DNA of 63,810 nt from Octopus bimaculoides. Lineage: Eukaryota. How positions within the stretch are numbered: the first letter of the stretch is position 1; every line of letters starts with the position of its first letter. Where the stretch lies: positions 1,602,669-1,666,478 of the forward strand of contig NC_068999.1 in the NCBI RefSeq assembly GCF_001194135.2, given 5' to 3'. The notes below the pieces were generated by a model, which saw only the letters and a list, made by a program, of their open reading frames with translations, was not told the origin of the DNA and did not search any database. Positions 41,390 to 53,726 of this stretch are shown piece after piece. The translations under genes were made by a program, and so were the position numbers.

Positions 41390-42920
41390 ATCGCACAACA
41401 TATTCATCGATAGATGGTGTCTTATAGAAAATTAGAGTGGTCTTTTATATTAGTTCTGTTGGATCGAAACTAGAGAGAATTCTAAGCTACCCAAACACCA
41501 AAACCGACATGTTGTATTATATAGTCTTAGAAACGGGAAAATGGTAGAATTACAGGGAACTCTTTATATCCTCTGCGGTAAAACAATAATACATTTAATT
41601 CACAAAGAGCAATATCTTTTATGCTGAAAGGAAGAATTCTCGTGCTTAGGATGCTTGTATTACTTCAGAGATGAAAAATAAGTAGTGTCTATTATACTTT
41701 TCCTTTGTGGTAAGTCTTTTTACAATTTTCTGTTTCCAAATATATCAGAATTGTTAAACACATCATAGCCTTCATCGATATTATTAAACTTATATCACAC
41801 TTTGAAATATCTGCCTTAGATACAACGCTTAGATTTAAAGATAACACGATTCCAGATTGAATCTCTTAATTAATACGTCTGACTGATCAGAGTCAACCTA
41901 TTCTTTAAGAAAGCAACATTAATTAACGTTATATTTAATTAACATTTCAATACCAACGGATACAGTATTAAACAAAGTAAATATTATATATTTATTTTCG
42001 CATCAACCGTGGTGATAGTTATGTGGAATAGATAGGGTGGTAGATTATTAAATTTTCCCACAGAGCCTGTATCAGATTGTCAGAGATTGTATTACATGTG
42101 TTAATCCATAGATCAAGAGTTCGAATTCCTTATAGATAGTTCAACAAAAGATAAGGCAAATAAGTAGTTTCTTACAGTACCGTTATGAGATTGCGAGACT
42201 CATATGCGCTGATTTGTATGTCCCGAGTTCAAATGCATTGTGTTTCAAAGCGTATATTGATTGGTACCGCGATTTTCTACACACCGCATTTCCTTAAAGA
42301 TGAGTAATGGATCTTGGATAATAATCGTAACTGACGAACGTTCGTAGGAAACTCAACATAGGTATTCTTGTTATTGTTAATTTCTGTCTTCAAAAAACCA
42401 AATACCACTTGCCTGACTAATCTTTTACATGACAGCACAGTATGATGAAAGGGAAATTTGACTGTCCGAAAGGCTTTACAAGCAAGACTTCCGAAATAGT
42501 CATATTTTAACAGAATTCCACTCAGATCTAGATAACATAGAAAACCGAGGAGTCTTGATTATGTACTGGGGGGAAATGGAGAGAAGACAAAAAGAAATAC
42601 ATACATGGGAAATGAGAAGTAATAAAAGAGGGCAGTAAAATGGAATCGGGAAATGATGCGGTCTACTTTCAATGATTTTGACAGTATCTGATCTATAAAT
42701 ACTTAAGCCACCATGGAAATTAACGAAAAACCATTTAAGGAACCGAAGAGAAGAGAGTTAAAGCGGATAGTATCAAAAGTCAACGTAGAACTCCATGCGT
42801 ATTATTGCAGTGATTAAGCCTGACTTAAGGCTAAAAGAGAGGTGGTTTTGAACTCCAATGGAAAACAAGTGCAGTTATGGTTTTATTGACAAGAATTTCG
42901 CTTTCCAATCACGTGGCTTC

Positions 42921-43001
<81 letters not shown>

Positions 43002-43129
43002 GTGCGTGGATTTTTACGCTTGCGTTTATTCTCGTACCTCCTACGTTTGTGTTTATCTTCCTATTTACGTCCCTATAAATTTGTGATTCGGCAACTGTAC
43101 AGAGAGATTAAATGACAAACTTCAAAATA

Positions 43130-43220
43130 TGTTTGTGGAGGGGTGGAGGGCATATTTTCGAATTAATTCTCCAAGTCGGTACTCCAGCATGGCAGCACCC
43201 TGATGATGAAGCAAGTAAAA
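43130..43220 (+). mobile_element. Family-B SINE 3' tail fragment
   Basis: GGTACTCCAGCATGGCAGCA...GCAAGTAAAA matches the family-B tail. Confidence 0.4.
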
Positions 43221-44744
43221 TATATATCAGGAAACATAACACATTAATTATATTAATGTCCTAAATACACCGAAGTTCATATGTGATCTGGTTTCAATCA
43301 ATAGAGAAATCTAAATTAGAAATTACAGCTCATAGACGTGGTATAGTCAAGGAAAATGGCAGACAGAATTTCGATTATATTTGGTGAATTTCTGAGTTCC
43401 TGTATAGCTTGTGTCGTGTTTGGTTTTCGTCACTAAATCTAGACCAAAGATTCGTTGTAATTTAGTCCAAAAACCAACTGAATCCGTCATTATGTACCAA
43501 AAAGTTTAATTTGTTGCACTCAGATCACAACATATAGTGAGTACACGCAACACGCACACACAAAAGGAAAATATATAGTTTTATATGTGAGTAGGAATCA
43601 TTGCAACAACTATCTATCAAGCCATTTGCCTACAACGCCTATATGTGTGTGTGCGTAGAAAGAGAGAGAGGGAGAGAGAGACAAACAGGCAGAGATACAC
43701 TCACATCTATACGAAGATTGTTACATGGGGAAGGAGACAGCCGAGCATTAGGTTAGGTTCCAAATATATTCATTGAAGTCTTGTTTTAGAAACAAACATG
43801 AAGATTCCGAAGACATCAATAGTTAAAAATAACTGGAAAGCTCTAATTGATGTCAGACTAAAATGGACGGAGACACTTGTGTGATGCCTACATCATTAAT
43901 AAATAGAATGGACGCGCATAATTGCTCCCACATTATACCGACATGCATAGATGCACACATACATATATACATACATATATATATATGTATGTATATATAC
44001 ATACAAACTTACATATATATATATGTATGCATATGTATGCATATGTATGCATATATATATATATATATATATAGGCATATATACATAAATACATGCATAC
44101 ATATACACACACTTTGAGACGGATTTATATATAGATGAATATAAGTATGTTTGAATATATACATACACACACACACATATATATATACACACATACATAC
44201 CAGCNNNNNNNNNNNNNNNNNNNNNNNNNNNNNNNNNNNNNNNNNNNNNNNNNNNNNNNNNNNNNNNNNNNNNNNNNNNNNNNNNNNNNNNNNNNNNNNN
44301 NNNNNNNNNNNNNNNNNNNNNNNNNNNNNNNNNNNNNNNNNNNNNNNNNNNNNNNNNNNNNNNNNNNNNNNNNNNNNNNNNNNNNNNNNNNNNNNNNNNN
44401 NNNNNNNNNNNNNNNNNNNNNNNNNNNNNNNNNNNNNNNNNNNNNNNNNNNNNNNNNNNNNNNNNNNNNNNNNNNNNNNNNNNNATATATATATATATAT
44501 ATATACTCGCATATACTGTATAATATGAAAGGATATAGTGTCTTTCATCTTTTATATCATCCAGATATTTACTGCGTGTATATACACACAGAGAGAATCG
44601 CACATATAAACATGTACACAAATATACACACGTACACGCACATTCCAAAGCATATATTTCTCCAGTAAAATAATTATTGTATGTTTTCTTATCAATCATT
44701 TGTCAAAACTAAACTCTATTCTTCCATTATCAAATCTCTAATTG

Positions 44745-44835
44745 CCGGGAATGGTCGAGTCGTTAAAACTGTAGACAAATTGTCCCTTTGTATATTAGAG
44801 TTGAAATTACCCGCAGGTGAAATTAGCTTTCATAT
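44745..44835 (+). mobile_element. Highly degenerate family-A-like SINE head
   Basis: GTCGAGTCGTTAAAACTGTAGACAAATTG...GAGTTGAAATTACCCGCAGGTGAAATTAGCTTTCAT resembles the head, B-box and core start. Confidence 0.4.
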
Positions 44836-46454
44836 TGCTACGATCGATACATGCCTGCAGCTAACACCGTCCATTAAATCTACTATGTCGCCTCCTCCAT
44901 TGACATAGCAAATTCGACTGATAGTGTGAGATGTAGCGCTGATTTAACACATAATTATCTAAAGACGTTGTTCATACATCAGTGATTTCTTGTCTCTTTT
45001 CTGCTTTTTTTTTATGGTAACAATTATGGTCTCTTCATACCGTGGCCCAAAATCTCTCGCCATGTCTGTTTATGAACCACCGAATCACTCGCTTCTCAAT
45101 GTTCTTGTTGTAAATACTACACACTCAACACTATATCCGATCAATGCTCTTCAGAGTATCTGCCCCTTCAACATCCTTTTGTCTTCGTCAATTTCCGGAA
45201 GGTTCCGTATGCACTAGCTAAATGTTAACGTAAAGGAAGTCATTCTCATTGGTCATCGACGATCGGCGAAAACTTTTTATTTGGCTTTCATAAACCTACT
45301 CCATCAACGGGAATACGCGCCACTGTAAATTTTCAATAAAGAAGATGGGAGAAAATGTTTCTTGAGTTACCCAGAAGAGAAGTGAATGAACATATGAATA
45401 AATACATATTTATGTATATATATAGATAGATATATATACACACGTAATAAATAGTTATGATGACATAACAACTAATGCCGTACGACGATCAACATACGTT
45501 CGCTATGTACAGTTTATCTACATTCGCCGTTGCTACATTCATACTGACCTCTGTCTTAACTATGATTCACAATTAATTTCAGATCAATCTGGGTGAAAAA
45601 TACATTACTTTAACAAACTAAGGTGAGCAACGTGAAGTTCATGTATGTGTCCATTGTGTACAGGTTTATATAATTGTATGTACTTCTGCCTGTACGTTAT
45701 AGCTTCATACGTTCTTAAATCCGACATCTTCACAGGCATGTAATTAGAATACATGCTAACATAGAGAGATAAATTCATGAGTTGATGAGGTTGTAACAGG
45801 TTTATGATAATATACCACATAAAGAATGTAAAGAGGGATATATTAGTACTACGTTAACTAACCAGTGATCCATTTCGTTTAGAATCACGTAATATTCTAT
45901 TACACAGATTAACCAAACAGATCAGTTCCTCACGATCATCGTTATGGATCGGATTTCGGATGAAAACCATTTAATCAGTGTTCCTAGATTTCCTGCTTCA
46001 CTTGGCGCGCAAATTATATATGCACGCATGCCTATGTGTGTATATGTAGCGGGTATGCATGTATGTATGCATTTGTGTATTTATGCATATATATACGTAT
46101 ATATGTATATATGCATATATGCATGTGTGTATATACATATACATATATATGTGTATGTATATATGTATATATATATATATATCATACAGGTAAACAAAGA
46201 GATCGACAGACACATAGTCACACAGATAGATAGATAGATAGATAGATACATACATACATACATACATACATACATACATACATAAAATGTATAAATGGCA
46301 GGGTAATATTGATGAGTTCCTATAATATAAGAGATCCTGTAATTTTGATGTGGATATTTTGTAACCCTTCCTGAATTATAATTATGTACCATTTCATATT
46401 TAATCGATTTCACACAATACATGTAATTATCTGTGCATATACACACACATATAT

Positions 46455-46500
<46 letters not shown>

Positions 46501-47803
46501 GCGTGTGTACGGGTGTGCTTATTATATAGAAATGCGGGTGTATATGAATATTATGAGTTTATTGTTGTGTTTTTACATGATTATATACGTATACCATTTC
46601 ATCATCATCTTCAACATCATCATCGTAAGTATCAGACACCTTATCATCAATTTCATGTTAATCATCATTTTCTAGACTCATTTCAACATGTACCACACTT
46701 ACACTCACACACCGCTACTCTCATCCATGTACATATACTTCAGTACAGCCTCATTTCCTCGCTTCTCTTGCATAGATATACGTATATCTCATATACTTTT
46801 TTTTAACACCGACTGAATTCTATGCATTCCATACGGAATATACGGGACCCGATGTAGAAATTTTTGCTTATATGTCTACATAGTGGATATATCTATGACT
46901 GTATCTGCATATTGAATGTAGTTGTCTATATAACCTATGGATTTATTTTCGCTGATAATTGCCTATTACATTTATTTTCTTTATAGCCTATACATCCTAT
47001 AAATATTTATGCTAATCCATTTTTTTAATCTCCTATATACTTTTATTGCGATAGTTGTCAGTTACATTTATCTTATATGTAGCTTCTTTATTTACGACGG
47101 CAGTTGCCTATTGCTTGTACTTTTGTATTTGGCCAATATATGTACTTATATTGACAATTATCCGTTGCATACAGTTTTGCTTACAGCATATACATTCAAT
47201 TATGAATTAAAAGCCTGACACCTTTAGTAAATTCCATTTTTATAACCGATGCATTTAACCCCCGCCGACTCAGTATAGCTTCAAATAGAAACCACAAATG
47301 AATACATCACGTTATTTTAAGCAACGGCAAAACAGACTACATATTGAATTCCTACAATAAATACATGGAATGATGGAATCTAAGAAAGTGTACTTTATTG
47401 CAGCCTCCATGAAGAAATAGCTACCACATGAATGTATACATCCTAATAAATAAATTTTTAAATATTTAGTTCATGAAGGTCGTTGGTGGTTCTTAACAGC
47501 CACGTTTACTAAACAGCTTAGGAAAGAGACTGAAGGCAGAAATAACGTAGCTACACTACAATATAATGTATTCAATAAGCCATTATTTCCGAGAATACAG
47601 CAAAAATAATTTCAAAGACAAGAAACTTTTGCCAGTAGACAGTGTTTCTTTATATTCAAAAGACTATATTTTTTGGTCAAACATCTCAACAGAAGAACAG
47701 AAGACATTAGAACAGGAAAATACAAGTTATGTCTAGGGTGAGCAAATAGTAAAGAGTAAATCACCAAAAGTGGAATAAATTGATTTTAATGAGTAAGAAA
47801 TCT

Positions 47804-47831
47804 GACGTTTCGGAGGTGAACAATTCATCAG
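47804..47831 (-). ncRNA. Minimal hammerhead core motif (decayed)
   Basis: Minus strand CT-CTGATGA-attgttcacctcc-GAAACGTC-AG: core intact, 2-bp helix I, weak helix II. Confidence 0.4.
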
Positions 47832-49521
47832 AGTGTCATAAGTTGTTTATATTTGCTGGTAGATAATTAGATTAGAAGTTGATGAAGATGAAAAGAAATT
47901 TCTAATGAAATCTAGTAGAGTATATAAGTGGTAGGAGAGATTTTCTACATTGTTGCGCAACCTGCTAGAAACAGCAGCCTAACCTCCCTCGGTTTATTCT
48001 CTGTCGCTTTTAAAGAACACATTGCATAATACATACAAAGAAATACATATCCGTTTAAAACAGACAATCACAGATAAAATACTATGCTTCATAATTTTCT
48101 GTGATCATGGGCTGAATAACGTTTTCAACAACAGCAACATGAACCAAGCGAATTTTGAACTAAGATCGCAGAGTAAGAAACCTAACGCTACCATTTCAAT
48201 TTAGTCTGCTTCTCTATCGTTCCTTCTTTATGCTAAATCCTTAAAACTTCACGTTTCCATTTTTCATTTCCACACAAATTGAAATATCATTATAACTAAC
48301 AATATCGCACGATTACAAAATAAATCAAGAAGATTATGTGAGGATAAATGTGACATTATGCTATGATAAATGCAGCATTGTTCTTGTATCATTACAACGC
48401 TTTCCAAAATAATCCTCTAAAACTAATAACGTTGCAACTAACTTCATATCGCTCTTTGATAAGAAAAAAAAAAGAAACAGCAGTAAATTTATTAGTCACG
48501 GAAACCAAAGCAACATTTTTAACCCTTTGCCATTACAATATGCCATTTATATATCATATTATAAATTATGTCTCAGTTATGCTGCAAAGGCGGATTTTTT
48601 TTCTAAAAATATGTTTTCAATACGATGCACGTATTTTTATTTCATTTTATCGAACAGGGTTCCATGTTAAAACTATTCCAATAATCGAAATTGAAAAGAA
48701 ATGAGTGCGACAATGATATTTGAGTTTGGAAGTAAATTTATTTTATTTGTATTTTTAAACGTATTGTGACAAAGTGGTGGAATATTCTTTCTTCCTCGAT
48801 TTCATTGAGTGAATAACCTTAATGGTTTCAAGGGCAAAGTGACATTGGTATGGTTTGAACGTAGGTCGTAGATTGGTTCGTTTTTGTACTATGTCTGTCA
48901 TTTTACCCACAGCTACGAGCGAATGAGCTTTTAAGCAATCATTTACCCAACTAGATTTAGCAGCCAAAATTGTCTCCAAACTTAAGAAGTGGAAATGACG
49001 CATTATATAATGTAGAGATACTTAGGCTGGAGAGATCGAGGCTTAGCTGGAGCTAAATTAAAACGAGACAACAATAAGAACAAGATCATCATCTAGGACA
49101 ACCAAACAGTTTCTGTGTCTTCCATTGTGTATTTAGATGAAGATTGTATGAAAGAGAGCACTCGAGGCATTTCTCAGATTAAAGATATGTCGAGTCTGAA
49201 TTTCTATATGTTTATATCTGTAAGGGAATGGAGAGACTGACCGCGGCCCGCAGTTTTGACGAGTCACATTGAAGAAGCGGATGAAATGAGATGTTTTGAG
49301 TGTGATAAAAATTATAAACTAAGAGAGAAAAGCCACCAGAAGTAAGAAGTTCCTAGGATCGATATAAGAAATGGATTCCTATTTAAATGAAAGCCCAAAC
49401 TACTGTTGTAACTTCTATAGTTAGAAGATTGAGAAACAAGCAATTTGGAAACTAGATTTATATTTATAGAATGTTGGTGAGTGAGTGTCAAACAGAAGTC
49501 TATTTCATATTGTGTATGTTT

Positions 49522-49897
49522 GCACGTCGGACGAAATGCTTAGCGGTATTTCGTCTGCTGTTACGTTCTGAGTTCAAATTCCACCGAGGTCGACTTTGCC
49601 TTTCATCCTTTAGGGGTCGATAAATTAAGTACCAGTTACGCACTGGGGTCGATGTAATCGACTTAATCCCTTTGTCTGTCCTTGTTTGTCCCCTCTGTGT
49701 TTAGCCCCTTGTGGGCAATAAAGAAATAGGTATTTCGTCTGTCTTTACATTCTGAGTTCAAATTCCACCGAGGTAGACTTTGCCTTTCATCCTTTTGGGG
49801 TCGATAAGTTTAGTACCAGTTGCGTACTGGGGCCCATCTAATCAACTGCCTCCCTCCCCAAAAGTTTCGCGCCTTGTGCCTAGATTAGAAAAGAATA
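49522..49897 (+). mobile_element. Second dimeric family-A SINE, 5'-truncated
   Basis: Same left-arm tail (CCCCTTGTGGGCAATAAAGAAATA) and right-arm tail (CCTTGTGCCTAGATTAGAAAAGAATA) as 4801-5217; both B boxes GAGTTCAAATTCC are intact. Confidence 0.9.
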
Positions 49898-50746
49898 TGT
49901 GTGTTTGGCTGGCTGCAACACCGATCCGCATGTAGAGCACTGCAATCTTGATTGCTCATGAGTTTTGTAAATGGTCATTTATAGCTCAGTAGTGAAATAT
50001 TGTCCGGCTTAAAACAGAAAGGTTAGTCCGGGGAATAATAAATGTTTGGTAAAGTTATATTTGACAGCGACCCTATTGTGATATTCTCTGCGAACGCCAT
50101 CAAGATTCAACAAAGCAGTGAGAAATGTAGTAACCGAGGCAATATTTGAAACGACGCGACGCGCACGAGCGGTATTTAAAAGCCCAGCAGAATCAGATTG
50201 CAAAGTACTATTATTTTCCAAGATTACAATTCAAATTAGATAGAATTTTTTTTTTTTTTTTTTCAAAGAAACTCCGTCCAAGTGTTTTCGAAATATTCTG
50301 CCTCCCCTTCCCCCTCTCTCACTGACTCGTACGTCTGCTTTGAGAAGACCCACGTGACAGACACCCCCTCTCTATCTCTTTGTTTGTGAAAAATTGTTGC
50401 TACTCTCGTTCCACTTTCTGACTCGAACAGAAGCAATCCCATAATTCCTGAGTTAACCAGCTTACATGGTGGAATAACCTGGCGGGAAGTTTGAATTCTT
50501 TTTTTATTCAAAGCATCCGTTTGCACTATTATATTTTTGGAATATTCTGAAAACAAAAATATTATGNNNNNNNNNNNNNNNNNNNNNNNNNNNNNNNNNN
50601 NNNNNNNNNNNNNNNNNNNNNNNNNNNNNNNNNNNNNNNNNNNNNNNNNNNNNNNNNNNNNNNNNNNNNNNNNNNNNNNNNNNNNNNNNNNNNNNNNNNN
50701 NTTGTGTGTTCGCGTGTGTTCTTATATAAAAGTAGCCTTTTTCGAA

Positions 50747-51763
50747 ATGAGTGTTATAAACAATATTTTGAGAAATAGTTTTTCGAAAAGAGACTTCGAT
50801 GGAAAACAATTAATTATAAACGGTGAGAGACCAACACCGAATTTACCTAATTTGCAAAGCTACAACAAGAAATTCACGAAACAATTTCAGGTTAATTTGA
50901 ATGAAAAGAAAAAAATGGTTAACTGGAAGTGCTACACTTAATAAATTATTCTGTTGGCTTTGTTTACTTTTTTGCTTAGAAAAGAATGTTTGGAATGATA
51001 AAGGCTATGATGCTTTAAATAATTTACATATGGCTATGCTAAAGCACTAGCGTTCTCAAAGGCGTATAAAATCTTTGATAGATCTTAAAATATTCGGGAA
51101 TGTTCGCATAGACTTACAATTAGATGCTTGTAAAAATCAAAGTATACAACATCATAAGGAGAAAGACGAAACAGATCCATTCTGCAACGATTGATCGATG
51201 TTATTTATTTTTTTAGGCCTCCGGGAATTATCGTTTTGGGGTCATTTTGAATCTGAAGGCTCGTGGAAATTATAAATATGACCAAAAAATGGAAAGTCAT
51301 CTAGATACAGCTTCTATCTTCAGCGGTCTCTCAAACACAATTCAAAATGACTTCATCGATGCAATTCATAAAGTTATGTTGAATGAGATGCAAAAGGAAA
51401 AAAACTGAGCAAGCTAAGTTTGTTTCTATTCCTGTTGATGAGACATCTGATGTCTCAGCATATTCACAACCGTCAACAGTTTTACGTTATGTTACAGAAG
51501 ACTGTGTGACGAAAGAACGATTGATCGGTTTTAGTGATGTTAGTGCAGATCGCTCTGCAAATGCTTTATCTGAACATGTTTTTAAATGCATTGAGACGTG
51601 GCAGTGTGGAAAGAAATTGATTGCACAGAAATATGATGGTGCCGCTACAATTGCAGGACAATTAAATGGGTTACAGGCAAAAGTAAGACAGAATTATGAA
51701 TGTACGATCTTTATTCATTGTTGTGCCCATATCCTAAATTTAGTTCTTTCACAATCATGTTCT
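50747..51763 (+). pseudogene. Decayed hAT-superfamily (ZMYM1-like/DUF4371) transposase with TTF-type zinc finger, 3'-truncated
   Basis: Manual translation across about 4 frameshifts and one in-frame stop: MSVINNILRNSFSKRDFDGKQLIINGERPTPNL...KWLTGSATLNKLFCWLCLLF...VWNDKGYDALNNLHMAMLKH* (TTF zinc finger-like), ILQRLIDVIYFLGLRELSFWGHFESE, RGNY...SGLSNTIQNDFIDAI, FVSIPVDETSDVSAYSQ...KERLIGF...AQKYDGAATIAGQLNGLQAKVRQ...IFIHCCAHILNLVLSQSC. DETxD, YDGA and HCxAHxLNL are hAT hallmark motifs. The C-terminal dimerisation domain is absent. Confidence 0.9.
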
Positions 51764-51928
51764 ATCCCATCCTGCGTTGTATTTGCGCTTGCACATCATA
51801 GATTCATCTATTTCTACGATGTGCCCAAGTCCACCAATTTGGTAGGGGTTACGCAAACGATAATTGCTTGTAATGTCCCTCATGTACTGATACCATTGAA
51901 CAACAGTAGATTTTGAAAGACCGACTTT
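51755..51928 (-). mobile_element. Merlin/ISXO2 (IS1595-family) DDE transposase fragment
   Basis: The minus strand reads 57 uninterrupted codons: KVGLSKSTVVQWYQYMRDITSNYRLRNPYQIGGLGHIVEIDESMMCKRKYNAGWDRT*. The IGGxGxxVEIDES...KRKYN motif preceded by S(K)xTVVxWY is the Merlin/ISXO2 signature around the first catalytic Asp. Confidence 0.85.
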
Positions 51929-52031
51929 TTAAAGGACTCTTTACCAAAAACAGGTGTATAATTTATTTACTTTGTTTAAAAGAAATTATTTACTTTGTTC
52001 AGAAAAACCCTCATACATGTTTTGTGCATGA

Positions 52032-52101
52032 CGCGCACTCGCGCTAGGTAGTCGTAGGATCGACTAGTCACGACTCACTAGCGCGGATGCGCGAGTGCGC
52101 G
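52032..52101. repeat. GC/CpG-rich imperfect palindrome (cruciform/hairpin)
   Basis: CGCGCACTCGCG (52032-43) pairs perfectly with CGCGAGTGCGCG (52090-101). The inner arms 52040-55 and 52070-85 match at 14/16, and the loop contains the palindrome GACTAGTC. Confidence 0.85.
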
Positions 52102-52150
52102 CACCGGAACCACTCTTCTTGAATAGTACCTAAAACGGACTGGGTACATT

Positions 52151-52215
<65 letters not shown>

Positions 52216-52274
52216 TTTCAATAAAGTTAACACATTGTCTGTTTTTTATGTATGTATGTATGTATATAAAACGA

Positions 52275-52547
52275 CCAGCGGGTGAAATAATTCAAAGTAC
52301 TTCTAATTTACAATATTACAAAATAGTGAGAAAACGTCGAGCGATATTTACAACATCCCAGCAGGATAAAGATGGGAAAGAACTTTTATTCTACAGTAAT
52401 ACAAAGCTGTGAGAAGTATATGGCGATATATAAAACTCCCAGCAGGTTAAAATAGTAAAGTAGTTTTATTTTACAATAATACGAAACAGTGAGAAACCTA
52501 GAGCGATATCGAAAAACTATTAGCAACTTAAAACATTAAAAGTACAC
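52275..52547. repeat. Degenerate ~81-83-bp minisatellite, ~3.3 copies
   Basis: Units start CCAGC(G/A)GG at 52275, 52358 and 52439, and TTAGCA at 52520. The three full units contain TACAxTAxTAC...GTGAGAA...GCGATAT. Confidence 0.8.
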
Positions 52548-52918
52548 TTGGTCTATGATCAGCTGATTGTCTTCATTTGAATTTCTCATACGTAATAGAA
52601 AAGCATGAATGTCATAAAATCGTTATTGCTCTTCTCCTACGTTGAGACAAGTTTTGCAATCACTGAATATTGTACAAGCTTCAATATGACTTAGCTAATA
52701 ACAAAAGCAAATGGCTTTCTTCCTGAATCGTAACCGTCTATAGATGCAGAGATTTCCTACAATTTCAATCCGATTTCAGTAATTGCATTATTCTTGAGGG
52801 TGGGAGTCGCTTCAAAATAGTCTCTACTTCAGAGGTTAATCCCGTTGTGCTGTATCTTAGACATTCAAGTGTCTTCTAAAATAACCGAGATTCTACCAAG
52901 GCCTCGAGAGTTAAGTCT

Positions 52919-53165
52919 GTCAGACGGAAATCGATATACTCTATGTATTTATTCATCCCCTTAACGTAAGGGGATTCAGCATGACACAGCATATGACAAG
53001 GCTGGCCCTTGTAAATTACAGGTATAACTCATTTTTGCCATCTGAGTAGACTGGACGAGCGTGAAATGAAGTATCTTGCTCAAGGGCACAACGTAGCGCC
53101 GGGTGTGAAACTCACAACCTTAGGATCATGAGCCGAATAACCTTACCACTGAGCCATGAGCTTTC
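52919..53165 (-). mobile_element. tRNA-derived SINE family C
   Basis: Reverse complement: GCTCATGGCTCAGTGGTAAGG (A box), GTGAGTTTCACACCCGG (B-box-like), GTGCCCTTGAGCAAGATACTTCATTTCACG (CORE-like), GGCAAAAATGAG...AAGGGCCAGCCTTGTCA...CTTACGTTAAGGG. Confidence 0.8.
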
Positions 53166-53635
53166 GGCCATAAAACAACATTTAGTAGGACCAACTACTG
53201 CTACTAAATCAACCTCTGCTACTATGGCAAGTAGCTTTCAACAGCAGTAAATATATTGGTATATAACAATGGCAGTAACTCTATCGATATGTAGTGCGGG
53301 AACATGTTTAACCCTCAGCCTTACCATCCGCCGGTGAAATAAGAAAATATTGATTGCAGTCTATGTAATATCTGATATCGATTATCTAATGTTTATTAAA
53401 CACTACGCACACACGGAAACACATGCATACGTATAGACATAGATACACACATACATAGATAAAAATATACAAAAAAAATACATGTAGATACACACACACA
53501 CACACACACGCATACATATAGGGAGAAAGATGCACGCAGACACAGAGACGATTTTTGAATTCGCCTTTGTATGGTTGTATGTACACACACAGATACACAC
53601 ACACAGATACACACACACAGACACGCATATATCTA

Positions 53636-53684
<49 letters not shown>

Positions 53685-53726
53685 GTGTGTGTGTGTGTGT
53701 ATACAAAGAGAGAGCAATAGAGAGTT

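Noticed and set aside
42707-42817. Perfect Kozak GCCACCATGG opening a 34-aa ORF with TATAAATA just upstream
   Set aside because: The TATA is too close to the ATG for a normal TSS, the peptide is unrecognised and there is no splice support.
51764-51916. C-terminal tail of the 177-aa ORF (SIPSCVVFALAHHRF...)
   Set aside because: It is the antisense reading of the Merlin fragment, not hAT or host protein.
52275-52547. Regularly spaced repeats considered as a CRISPR-like array
   Set aside because: The units are diverged along their whole length with no constant-repeat/unique-spacer structure, the context is eukaryotic and there are no cas genes.
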